A DNA stretch of 62,845 bases, counting the filler, from Octopus bimaculoides (Eukaryota), in assembly GCF_001194135.2 (NCBI RefSeq). It is 5 parts of 5 records of this genome, joined end to end, with 100 filler letters (N's around TTAATTAATTAA, not from the genome) between each part and the next. Parts side by side here need not be neighbours in the genome. Positions count along the whole stretch, not along the records: positions 45,100 to 62,845 come from NC_069008.1; 4 more parts are not named here. One strand, 5' to 3'. Numbering within the stretch: the stretch's first letter is position 1; every line of letters starts with the position of its first letter. The notes under the pieces were generated by a model that made no database searches, was not told where the DNA came from, and saw nothing but the letters and a program-made list of their open reading frames with translations. Position numbers and translations under genes: made by a program. Positions 51,835-62,845 of the stretch are shown one piece after another.

Positions 51835-52215
51835 CATTATATTTCTATATTTTGGAGTTATAACCCCTTCTTCAGGACATGTGGAAAAGCGATGGATGGG
51901 AAAAGGTCATTGCTCAGATGTGTTATTAGGGAGGAAGGTGTCATGTACGTCAGTCTGCTTCATGTTCTTTTCTGTTGTTTATAGCTGGCCTCAATTTGTT
52001 TATTAGGAGGGCCTAATTATACTGAGATTGCTTCTGTTGTGTTGAGTGGCTCAAATGAACTCCTGGGTCTGGCACTTCTGTCAGTGTTTCTTGATTGAAG
52101 TGTCTGTCCACATGTTCTTTGATTTGAGCGTGTAATTTCCTAGTGAAGTCCACAAAGTAGGATACCCTATATTTACTGCAGACCTCCTTGACATAACCAA
52201 GTTGGTACAGATGGT
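51835..52215 (-). mobile_element. Penelope-like element 3' relic (GIY-YIG tail + hammerhead region)
   Basis: LYQLGYVKEVCSKYRVSYFVDFTRKLHAQIKEH (degenerate GIY-YIG); after a frameshift ALLINKLRPAINNRKE, the typical C-terminal EALLI..L.P.LN. Confidence 0.65.
51841..51880 (-). ncRNA. Decayed minimal type-I hammerhead ribozyme motif
   Basis: ATGTC-CTGAAGA-A-GGGG-TTATAA-CTCC-AAAA-TATA-GAAAT: stem I 4/5, stem II 4 bp, palindromic stem III AUAU; G12 appears mutated to A. Confidence 0.6.
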
Positions 52216-52234
52216 TTTCAACATTCAATTTGGG

Positions 52235-52674
52235 TATTTGAGTAATATCTGGATTATCCTGCTCATGTAGTGGGGCTTTGTGTGATTGTTAATCTCAGCT
52301 TGCCTGGCCGAATGAGATGTGTCTTGAACCAAAATGTTTCCTGATTGAAATCTAGGAAACCACTTCCGGCACACACATTTTGTATTAGCATCCTCTCTGT
52401 ATCCATCATATTCCTGCAGGTTCTGCTGCTTTATTGCTTTCATGAAAATAAAAAGCATGAGGAATCGATGTTTGTTTTGTTTCTCCATTTTCAAGGTCTT
52501 CCTAAGCACACAAAACACAACCTATCTTATTGCAAGTGTGCATTGAATTACATTGAAACCTCAAGTATCTAATGTGTGTACATGTGCAAAGGACTAAGTG
52601 AAGTTAGTTACTCTAATGAGTGCTTGAAGTTTAGTGACAACAAAAACCAAATGGACTTTTGGGCCAACTCGATA
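52235..52674 (-). mobile_element. Mariner 5' relic (left TIR + HTH domain)
   Basis: MEKQNKHRFLMLFIF..CRKWFPRFQSGN..QDTSHSAR; TIR-like TATCGAGTTGGCCCAAAAGT. Confidence 0.8.
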
Positions 52675-52860
52675 TATTATGAAGGTAATGAACACAAAAA
52701 AGTAAAAAAGATAGCATAGGATAGATAAGTTCTAACAAATATATTAGTTTAACACTTAAAAGGAAGGGAAAGAGTCTTTGCATTTCGGATGCTATTAGGC
52801 GATATCAAAAGGTTCCTGGTCTAGTTATGCTTCATAAAAAATAACTTATTTACCTCAGTT

Positions 52861-53082
52861 TAATAATAATAATAAATAAATTTGAAATTTTGGTACAAAA
52901 CCAGCAAGTTCAGGAGAGGGGTTAAATTGATTACATTGACCTCAGGGCTCAACTGGTACTTATTTTATTGACTCCAAGAAGATGAAAGGCAAAGTTGACT
53001 TTAGTGGAATTTGAACTCAGAATGTAAGGACAGACGAAATGCCACCAAGCATTTTGTCTATCATACTAACGATTCTGCATGC
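52861..53082 (-). mobile_element. SINE family C
   Basis: GATGAAAGGCAAAGTTGAC...GAATTTGAACTCAGAATGT; (TAA) tail at 52861. Confidence 0.85.
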
Positions 53083-53146
53083 TCGCTGCATTATTATTAT
53101 AATTATTATTATTATTATTATTATCATTATTATTATTATGTTGTTG

Positions 53147-55483
53147 TTTTTTTCTTCTTTCTTCAAATTTTCTTCCATTTCTCGCTGAGTGTTTTCCGTA
53201 CACCTAGGCCAGAGAAACTCATTGTATGTATTCCCAGTTTACACACGCAAATTCACAGGTAAAACATGTATTTAAGAAAAAAAAATTTTTTTTAAATAAA
53301 TAAATGAATGTTGTTTTCACAGCGATAATGCTCTTCTCAGTACATGAGTCGTTCCAGTTAGCACGATTTTTTGCACTTCCTGTAGGGATGGTAAGCCTGG
53401 TATCATTTTCAAATAGGTTTCAGTACCTTTTTTATCATTCCTAGAGATCCTACAATCACTGGTATGGTAGTCGCCTTGAGGTGCCACATTTTTTCAATTT
53501 CTATTAGCAAGTCTTTATATTTACTGATCTTGTCAAATTCTTTCGCCGCTATATTATGATCAGAGGGAATACTCATGTCAATTAATAAACACGTCTTCTT
53601 TGTCTGATCTTTTATAATAATATCCGGTTTATTAGCTTTTATAGTCTTGTCAGTATGTANNNNNNNNNNNNNNNNNNNNNNNNNNNNNNNNNNNNNNNNN
53701 NNNNNNNNNNNNNNNNNNNNNNNNNNNNNNNNNNNNNNNNNNNNNNNNNNNNNNNNNNNNNNNNNNNNNNNNNNNNNNNNNNNNNNNNNNNNNNNNNNNN
53801 NNNNNNNNNNNNNNNNNNNNNNNNNNNNNNNNNNNNNNNNNNNNNNNNNNNNNNNNNNNNNNNNNNNNNNNNNNNNNNNNNNNNNNNNNNNNNNNNNNNN
53901 NNNNNNNNNNNNNNNNNNNNNNNNNNNNNNNNNNNNNNNNNNNNNNNNNNNNNNNNNNNNNNNNNNNNNNNNNNNNNNNNNNNNNNNNNNNNNNNNNNNN
54001 NNNNNNNNNNNNNNNNNNNNNNNNNNNNNNNNNNNNNNNNNNNNNNNNNNNNNNNNNNNNNNNNNNNNNNNNNNNNNNNNNNNNNNNNNNNNNNNNNNNN
54101 NNNNNNNNNNNNNNNNNNNNNNNNNNNNNNNNNNNNNNNNNNNNNNNNNNNNNNNNNNNNNNNNNNNNNNNNNNNNNNNNNNNNNNNNNNNNNNNNNNNN
54201 NNNNNNNNNNNNNNNNNNNNNNNNNNNNNNNNNNNNNNNNNNNNNNNNNNNNNNNNNNNNNNNNNNNNNNNNNNNNNNNNNNNNNNNNNNNNNNNNNNNN
54301 NNNNNNNNNNNNNNNNNNNNNNNNNNNNNNNNNNNNNNNNNNNNNNNNNNNNNNNNNNNNNNNNNNNNNNNNNNNNNNNNNNNNNNNNNNNNNNNNNNNN
54401 NNNNNNNNNNNNNNNNNNNNNNNNNNNNNNNNNNNNNNNNNNNNNNNNNNNNNNNNNNNNNNNNNNNNNNNNNNNNNNNNNNNNNNNNNNNNNNNNNNNN
54501 NNNNNNNNNNNNNNNNNNNNNNNNNNNNNNNNNNNNNNNNNNNNNNNNNTTTCGACATCTAATTCTATTGAAGTTGACTTTACCAGTTTCCCTTTCTTAA
54601 AAGTGGCTTTGACACACTTTTCAAGGCCAAACTCCATCCCGATATCATCACTGAATCCTTTCACGGTATCTAATAGTCCTTGAAGCTCTTCATCATCTTT
54701 GCCATATAGCTTTAAATCATCCATATAAAATAGATGGCTTATTTTCTTGTTGTCAATTTTGTAGCCATACCCTGTTCTATTCAGTTCACTTGAGAGTGGT
54801 ATTAGTGCTATGCAGAAAATTAGTGGTGAAAGCGAGTCACCTTGGAAAATGCCATAGTTTATGCTAATATTGTTTGAGTGCAATACTCCATTAGACTGAT
54901 ATAATTGCAGCTTCATGTTCCATAGTGACATATAAAAAATCTGAAATCACAGGAGAAATTTTGAAAATGTCCAGCGATTTCAGAATCCACGAATGTGGTC
55001 TGCTGTCAAAGGCTTTTTTATAATCAATCCATGAAGAGCTGAGATTTCTGTGCTTGTTATGGCAGTTCTCAAGGATCATGCGATTAATTAAGAGCTGATC
55101 TTTACATCCGTATGAGTTTCGTCTGCATCCTTTTTGTTCAGTGGGAAAGAGGTTATTCTCTTCCATAAACGTATATGTTTTCTCCACTAGAATAGATGTC
55201 AAAATCTTATAGGTAGTAGACAAACATGTTATTGGCCGGTAGTGTTTTGGTTCTTTGGTTTCGTTATTTTTCAGGAGGAGGTAAGTAATACCATTTGCCA
55301 TCCAATGGGGAGTTTTTTCTGGGTCTTTCATAATACTATTAGATAGTATTACTAACATTTTGTNNNNNNNNNNCCATTTGCCATCCAATGGGGAGTTTTT
55401 TCTGGGTCTTTCATAATACTATTAGATAGTATTACTAACATTTTGTGTGCGGACGAGAGTGATGAGAGCCAAAAATTTGGTAC
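53147..55483 (-). mobile_element. R4/Dong copy F, RT + (gap) + intact RLE, 5'-truncated
   Basis: NFWLSSL..HYRPITCLST..KDQLLI..GIFQGDSLSP..YMDDLKL; RLE NKPDIIIKD..IDMSIP..KYKDL..IVGSLG..VLTGTTHVLRRALSL*; TAA runs at both ends. Confidence 0.93.
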
Positions 55484-55518
55484 TTATTATTATGATTATT
55501 ATTATTATTATTATTATT

Positions 55519-56390
55519 GTTCATTTGTTTTATTTTCACTACCGAGCGCAGCTCTGTGCGCCTTGGGTATGTGCTGTGGTTTGCTGTGGTGCTCTTATGG
55601 TTACTGTATTGAAAGTGTTTTGCGTAGAATGTGTGCAGTACCCAGTAGTGCAATTTTCTGTATGTTATATATATTTGTAAGTCCTGGTGTTTTTGTTATG
55701 TATTTGTCTGAATATTTTTTTATTATACCTAAGGCACCTACTATGATAGGAATTGTTTCTGTTTTTAGATTCCACATTCGAGTTATCTCTATTTCCAGGT
55801 CTTTGTATTTTGAAAGTTTTTCCATTTCTTTTAGAGAAACGTTGTCATCTGCTGGTATTGNNNNNNNNNNNNNNNNNNNNNNNNNNNNNNNNNNNNNNNN
55901 NNNNNNNNNNNNNNNNNNNNNNNNNNNNNNNNNNNNNNNNNNNNNNNNNNNNNNNNNNNNNNNNNNNNNNNNNNNNNNNNNNNNNNNNNNNNNNNNNNNN
56001 NNNNNNNNNNNNNNNNNNNNNNNNNNNNNNNNNNNNNNNNNNNNNNNNNNNNNNNNNNNNNNNNNNNNNNNNNNNNNNNNNNNNNNNNNNNNNNNNNNNN
56101 NNNNNNNNNNNNNNNNNNNNNNNNNNNNNNNNNNNNNNNNNCTACAGTTACTTGTTATATTTCTTTTCATTATGTGTTTTTGGTAATTTCTGGTGGGGAG
56201 GCTCTGGTCTTGTGCAGCAATTAAAAATCCTTCAGTCTCTGCTTTGAGTCCTGAGCTTCTCAGCCATTGCTGGGATTTTTCTCTGTCTATTTCTTTCGCA
56301 TTTAGTTTAGCCCAGTATTTACCATGTAGGGGCTTTTCTTGCCATCGTTTTATCATGGTCCGTTGCTGTTCTAGTTTTAGTTTGGATTTC
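55519..56390 (-). mobile_element. R4/Dong copy G, same subfamily as E, 5'-truncated
   Basis: ORF 55601-56356 includes KYKDLEIEITRMW..IIVGALG..TAHILRKTLSIQ; DNA nearly identical to 44680-44920; TAA runs at both ends. Confidence 0.93.
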
Positions 56391-56438
<48 letters not shown>

Positions 56439-56443
56439 CATCA

Positions 56444-56488
<45 letters not shown>

Positions 56489-56489
<1 letters not shown>

Positions 56490-56722
56490 GGTGGTGAGCT
56501 GGCAGAATTGTTAGCATGCCGGATGAAATGCTTAGTGGCATTTCATTTGTCTTATTGTTCTGAGTTCAAATTCTGCCGAGGTCAACTTTGCCTTTCATCC
56601 TTTCAGGGTTGATAAATTAAGTACCAGTGAAACAATGGGGGGTGGGGGGTCGATGTAATCGACTAGTCCCCTCCCCACAAATCTGAGGCCTTGTGCCTCC
56701 AGTAGAAAGGATTATTATTATT
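56489..56722 (+). mobile_element. SINE family C, full length, with ATT tail
   Basis: Head AGGTGGTGAGCTGGCAGAATTGTTAG; B-box-like GAGTTCAAATTC; central domain. Confidence 0.9.
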
Positions 56723-57127
56723 AATATTGAAGATGTTGCACATTACCCAATATTGCAATGTTTTAGATTGAAGATATTGTGTGTACCAGGGGTTTGTACT
56801 GTCTGTCAAATCACCACAGGGATCTCAAACAGACAATACTTCACACTGTATGTGTGCAGTTCCAAGCAAGGCTGATTTTAGCCATAAACTAAGATTGTAG
56901 GGTATTTCTAAAGTGTCCAGAAGTTTCTTCAGGTTGGGTGGTATTGAACTCAAAGTTCTGATGACAACAGGAACAACCTTTATGATTGACTCATGCAGCT
57001 GCCACATACTGGCAATCTCAATTCTCAGGTCTCCATACTTGGCAACTTTTTCTCTTTCATTCATGATAATATGTTGATCTTCTGGTATTGCCATGTCAAT
57101 TATTAGGCACTCTTGCTTGTTCCTCCT
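56723..57127 (-). mobile_element. R4/Dong copy H, RLE + 3'UTR, abutting the SINE C tail
   Basis: IIDMAIPED..KYGDLRIEI..KSALLGTAHI; 3'UTR similar to copy C (GTGA(C/T)TTGACAGA). Confidence 0.88.
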
Positions 57128-57139
57128 AAAGGCTATATA

Positions 57140-57290
57140 TGTGCTGCTTCTTTTAGTTTTTGTATTTTCCAGTGCTGTTCTCTGTCTATTATTTTAACTT
57201 CATCCTACAGGAAGAGGTGGTCCTGTGAGATGAAGCTAAAATAATAGACAGAAAACACTGGAAAATACAAAAACTAAAAGAAGCAGCACA
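57140..57290. repeat. 151-bp near-perfect palindrome (arms 73 and 70 bp, 8-nt loop)
   Basis: 57140-57212 matches the reverse complement of 57221-57290; outer 35 bp perfect. Confidence 0.95.
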
Positions 57291-57405
57291 ACAACCTCCT
57301 AAGCAGACTGAGTGCAGATATAAGCAGCATATGGGAACCGGTATTAAGGAAGGATAGGAAAATATTAGATTTATGAGACCTAAAATTCACTCCATAATTG
57401 CCCAT

Positions 57406-57687
57406 GGGCATATGGCATAGTGGTTAAGAGTGTGGGCTATTAACACCAAGATTCAATTCCAAGTTCAATTCCAAGCAGTTACCTGAATAACAACAACAAC
57501 AACAACAACATCGAAAAATACCTTAGGAATGAGAACCCAGGTTCGAAATTTCCCCAAGACACCTGATGAAGGCTGGAGGTAATCAGTTGAAACATGTTAA
57601 CAACAAACAAGATGAGGACAAATATCTGTCAATTGTAAATAATATAAATCATGTACGTAATACCTCATCCCTTTAATATAGAACTGT
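57406..57687 (+). mobile_element. tRNA-headed SINE-like element carrying a hammerhead motif, 9-bp TSD
   Basis: A-box TGGCATAGTGG (57413-57423), B-box AGTTCAATTCC (57462-57472), internal (CAA)n, hammerhead core; TSD ATTGCCCAT at 57397-57405 and 57688-57696. Confidence 0.75.
57558..57598 (+). ncRNA. Minimal type-I hammerhead motif (probably inactive copy)
   Basis: GACAC-CTGATGA-A-GGCTG-GAGGTAAT-CAGTT-GAAA-CATGTT; stem II pairs with two G.U; stem I 3' strand damaged. Confidence 0.55.
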
Positions 57688-58079
57688 ATTGCCCATTACC
57701 TTGTATTCATACTTCCTTTCAAGTCTGGTTGATAAAATAAATACCAGTTGTGTACTGAGGGTGGTATAATCCACTAGCCCCATCCCATTAAAAGAATTAT
57801 TATTAATATTATTATTATGATACTACAACCCCTTAAAATTTGAGATTATAAAGATTTGGAACATGAAGTCTGAAAAGGTTGTGGTAATTGGTGAATTAGA
57901 GACTGAGTGATGAAATAGAAAAGTGACTAAAGAAGATTCGAATGGAATGTCCTGTAAAGCTTAGGAAGAAGAAGGATCATCAGGTGTTGAGCATTTGATG
58001 GTTTATTGAAACCATGGATATCTAAGGTTACAGGTAATAACCTGCTACCAAGATATACTCTACCAGGAATAAAACCATT

Positions 58080-58640
58080 CCCAACTTGGTGTGTTGTTGA
58101 TTAGGTGTCATAAAATATGGCACCCTCTGAGCAGAAACCTTTGTCATGCCAAGTTCATTGTGCAGAATAATCTCAACTCTTTATACAGGATATGCTAATA
58201 GCATTGGCTATTTGATTTATAGTGAATCACCTGTCATTCATCAGCATGTGGTGACCATGATCAATATCTTCCTCAGAGGTTGCAGTTGCAGAACATCCAG
58301 ACCATGGGTCATCTTCAACACTCTCCCTTCCCCTCCTAAACTCAGCTGCTCACTTTTGTACTGTTGATAAAGCTGGAGTGTGGACCCCTAATGTAGCAAC
58401 AACGTCAGCATGAATGTCCTTGGGGGCTAGAGCCTTTTTTTTATGTAGGTACTTGATAACACTGGGATGTTAAATTTTGTCCATCTTGAAGAGAAGTCAC
58501 TACTTGTTACGTTTGAAATCTTCTTTAAGCAGTCAGATGTCTGTTTACATGGAAGGAAACAAACCAGTTATTAATAACAAGAGTTGAAATTAATGCATGC
58601 AAAATTTCACAGCCTATGAATTTTTCAGCACAGCCTTGTA
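58080..58640 (-). mobile_element. Irritans-like mariner, 5' half
   Basis: VIKYLHKKALAPKDIHADVVATLG..STVQK..TATSEEDIDHGHHMLMNDR*FTINQIANAISIS; end TACAAGGCTGTGCTGAAAAATTC. Confidence 0.8.
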
Positions 58641-59720
58641 TATATTGATATAGATAAACAAACAGATGGATAGATAGATATGGTCACAAGATAATGAAAA
58701 ATATAAGTGCTAGACAAATTCTTATAAAATTCTATGATGCAAATTAATCATGCAAAGCATGTAATTTTCGTTTGTTGGAAAAACTATTTGTGATAACTGC
58801 TGTGAGATGAATGTACATGGATACACACATACACATGCGCGTGCACATGCACACACACACACACACATGCACACCACACACACACACTCAAACACGTGTG
58901 TATTATATCTGTATATACACACACACGTGTGTGTGTGTGTGTACACATATATGTGTGTGTATATGTATGTGTGTGTGTGTGTGTATGTGTGTGTGTGGTG
59001 TGTAAATATATGCATATAGACATACAGTCAGACAGATAGAAAGATTGGTCATAATGCATAGAAGCATGTTTGTGGTAGCCTGCAGCTTCTAGTTAAATGT
59101 GCATGAATGCATTTCTTTACGCATCTCAGTGTTGTTTATATATTTGTGTGTGTTTGTCCCAATGTGTTCAGTGTGTCTGTATACAAATGATTTAGTGAGA
59201 GAAGGAAAGAGAAGAAGAAGGAGAGGGAGAAATAATGAAAAGAGATAGATGATTGTATGGTTGCATGAATAGTATATGTGTGTGTGTGTGTAAATATATA
59301 TAAATACATATATATATATATATATGTGAGGTGGGTATAAATATACATATATGTGTGTATGTGTATGTGCGTGTGTGTGTAGATTAATGTGTTTATGTTT
59401 GCATGTATAAATTTATGTATGTACATATACGTGTGTGTCTGAGTCTGTACATATATATAGTTATATATGCACACATATGCCCACATATACTCATACATGT
59501 ATACCCATACATGTATACATACACATATAATATATACAAGTACATAACAAACTTTTATCATTTATTTCTTTGTTTTTTTCTCCCTCCCCCTCTGCCCCTC
59601 TTCTTCCTCTCTCTCTCACTCCTGTCCAAATACCAAACATTATGAAGAATATGCTGGCAGCAAGATGCTGGCTTCTATTAATGGTAATGAGTTGGAAAGT
59701 ATTTGTGAAGAATGGCACAG

Positions 59721-59770
<50 letters not shown>

Positions 59771-60689
59771 AGAGAGAGAAGGGGAGGTGGGAGAAAGAGA
59801 CAGAGAGACAAAAAGAGAGACAGTTATTCAGCAAGTACAGTCCATTTGATGTCCAAAGTATATTAACAAGAAAAAGGACATCAGCAAATGGAGGAAGTAA
59901 CTTGGGCATTAACTGGTGGCCTGTGTGTCCATGAGTCTGTGTGTGCATGCATATGTGTGTGTATGTGTGGGTGCATGCTGGTGTTCTTTTATTCTACATT
60001 TCTTTTACAGGTTTCAGTCCTTTCGCTCTGCAATGCAAGGCCACTGCCCTCAAGAAAGTGTCTCAGTCTTAGGGCCTGCTCCTACTCACTCTTCGTCCCC
60101 ACCACCAGCATGAACCTGTACTTAATTTGGTTCCTATTTCTTCCATCTCTCTTTTACTGAATGGTTAATTGTATCTCTTGTTGAATTAAAGACTGCAATG
60201 TATATTTTAAACAGTTTTACAGCCATTACATAAAATCACATATGAATGAAGGTGTCTTCTAAGTGGTTGTTTGATATCCTAGGCACAGTAGCCAAATTCC
60301 CTCAAATAATGCCCTATTACCTTTGAAAGGATGTATTGGGTGACATGGTCCTGGTTTTCATGCACTTGGGATACACACACACACACACACACACATACAT
60401 GAGCGTCACCGATGACAGTAATGCCTGACTGGCTTCTGTACCAGCTGCACGTAAAAAGCATCATTTGAGAATGGTCGATACCAATGTCACTTGACTAGTT
60501 CCCATGCTGGTGGCATGTAAAATGCACCCACTACACTCTTAGAGTGGGTGACAATAGGAAGGGCATTCAGCTAAGAAACATTGTCAAATTGGATTGGAGC
60601 CTGGTGCAGTCACCTGACTTGCCAGTCTTCAGTTAAACCATCCAACCCATGCCAGCATGGAAAGCATACATTAAGTGATGATTATTAAT

Positions 60690-62060
60690 GAGACATTAAC
60701 AAAGAAAGGAGCCTTCACTATGATCAAAGACCATAAGCGAAACTTTGCTTCTAACCCCAACAATAAGCTGATAGACCCTGCAAAGTCAGATATTAGACAG
60801 GTGAGCAAACAGCTTCTGGCCTCATCCTGTGGCATAACACCAGTAAGGTCATAACATAGTTTAAAACCGATTGCAGCAGGGATAGAGCTAGGTTCACCCA
60901 ATTTGATATCGTAGATTTTTACCTGTCTGAGGGAGCTGCTTGCTGTATAAAGCATTGAATTTTGCTAGGTCCTACACTGAAGTTAGTGATATGGACATAC
61001 ACATTATCATGCATCCCAGAAGAACCCTACTTTTCAGTAAGGGGTCGGCTTGGGCTAGATTTACTTAAAAGAAGTCCCTTCCACTATTTTACCCCTCTGC
61101 ATGCTGGCAATATTGAGAGGACAAACTCTTACACACCAGACAGGGTTAGAAAGGACCCCATTAACGCTATGAATTCCCTTGGACTCAAGGTCATAATGGA
61201 AACTAACCTGAAAACAATTGATTTCTTTGGTGCGACCTTGGACATGGAGTCCGGTACCTATTAGGAAGCCAAATGAGAGACTATAACATACTAACACAGG
61301 TCCTTTCATCCAACCATAATTTTCAAGAATCTGGTAAAGGGCATCAACAGAAGAATCTCCAACCTATCTTCAAGCAAAGGGACTTCTGATGTTTTTGCCC
61401 ATACTATAATGAGTCTTGGACCACCAGTGGTTTTAAGGAAAGAGAAAATGCCACTGGAAAGTGTTGTGGTTTACACCGCCCTTCTCTTTAAGTGTAAAAA
61501 CTTGCGTGGGTAAGATTTTCCTTAGCTTAGTCGACAAACACTTCCCTCATACAAATAAGTTCAGTAAAATGTTTAATTGGCAACCCTAAGGGTTTCATTT
61601 AGCTGTGAACCCGATATAAAAAAAAATATTAATAGGTTAGGTCCACACCTGAGACAGGCAGGATGCTCATGTAGGGGTAACACAACATGTTCCCTTTATA
61701 GCCACTGTAATACAGAAACCATTGTGTATGAGGCACAGGTAACAGCGATTGGACTAAATGTGCAACCAAACATATGAAAGAATGTGGGAGTGACTGAAGG
61801 TCCCTTCAGAGCCAGATACAACAATCACAAGTCCTCCTTCAACATCCCGGAGAGACAAAACACCACAACCCTGGCCAAGCACATGTGGCTGTTGAATGAA
61901 AGCACAATGGAAAAAAGAGCCTTATTAAAGAACTCTCAGTATTCAGGCATCTATCTAAACAGAAGAAGTGAAAATTTTTAGTCTTTCCCCATGTGAAAGG
62001 AAGTATATTCTACCATACCTACATGTCTATTATGACTATAACCACCAGTTCTTAAACTTT
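60690..62060 (+). mobile_element. Penelope-like element relic (RT + GIY-YIG), frameshifted
   Basis: IKDHKRNF..LIDPAKSDI..SK; FDIVDFY; LGLKVIMETNLKTIDFFGATLDMESGTY; VLWFTPPFS; CSCRGNTTCSL..C..IVYEAQVT; GVTEGPFRARYNNHKSSF..TTLAKHMW. Confidence 0.9.
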
Positions 62061-62780
62061 GGCTCTTCCATCACTAATATCTGGGCATCCAGCAAAGAGT
62101 TTGACCAATGCATACACAAACGTACTCACACACACAGACATGCCCTAACACGGGCAGCCATCCACTCAATACACTTTTTCACACCCAATATAAACTCACA
62201 TCCATATTGTACCCCTACACACACTCCATCCATACACAAATTGACCAAACAATTTAATAAAAACATAAACAAAATATGCACAAATGAAAACACAGGTATT
62301 TATATGACCTTTGGGTATCTGCCCAAACCCCACCCCTAAAAACACTACACATATAGTACCACTAACTCATTCTAACCCTACAAGAATGACAATCCCTAAA
62401 CCATATGCACATATCCCATACATTTCCAGAAGACTCTTGAAGCTTTGCAACACTCCAGATGCTGATTTGCTCAGTTGGTTTCATTGTCTGTTTCATTGCA
62501 ACCACAAACCAGATGTGTCTTTTCCCCCTTTTCACCTCCAACAATAGAGAGCAGTTACCATATTTTCTTCCATAACTGCCAACTTTGAAGAATGCAGGGT
62601 TACATAATCAAGCTGTTACCAAACATCTTGTTGAACCCCTAATGTGAAACCGATTGATATGATCAGCCATAATGAGTATATAATATTGTGGACTTTGATT
62701 AATATACCTACTCTATTGACAAATATGTGAGTTTGTATTTTTTCTGACTTATGGATTCAGAGATGGTATATATAGATAAA

Positions 62781-62845
<65 letters not shown>

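Overview
This is repeat-saturated, AT-rich animal genomic DNA from a gapped short-read scaffold. The repeat families and microsatellite load suggest an octopus or other coleoid cephalopod (inference from memory, no database search run). No host protein-coding gene, rRNA, intact tRNA or CRISPR array can be called with confidence, and most ORF-track entries are microsatellite or N-gap artefacts. Supported content: (1) about 8 pieces of R4/Dong-clade RLE retrotransposons, stacked head-to-tail in (TAA)n runs in two clusters (35.1-45.0 kb on +, 53.1-57.1 kb on -); (2) a 555-bp non-coding element that occurs only inside (TAA)n and is 5'-truncated like a retroposon; (3) at least four tRNA-headed SINE families; (4) RTE and CR1-like LINE fragments; (5) several mariner relics, including one full-length 1227-bp copy, plus MITEs; (6) two Penelope-like (GIY-YIG) relics. 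Best leads: a 282-bp TSD-flanked tRNA-headed SINE carrying a Penelope-type minimal hammerhead motif (57406-57687); the (TAA)n-targeted 555-bp element; a 3' stem-loop shared by a SINE and an adjacent RTE; a second decayed hammerhead behind a GIY-YIG relic; and a 151-bp near-perfect palindrome. Three phase-compatible small exons on the minus strand are noted as a weak gene candidate only.
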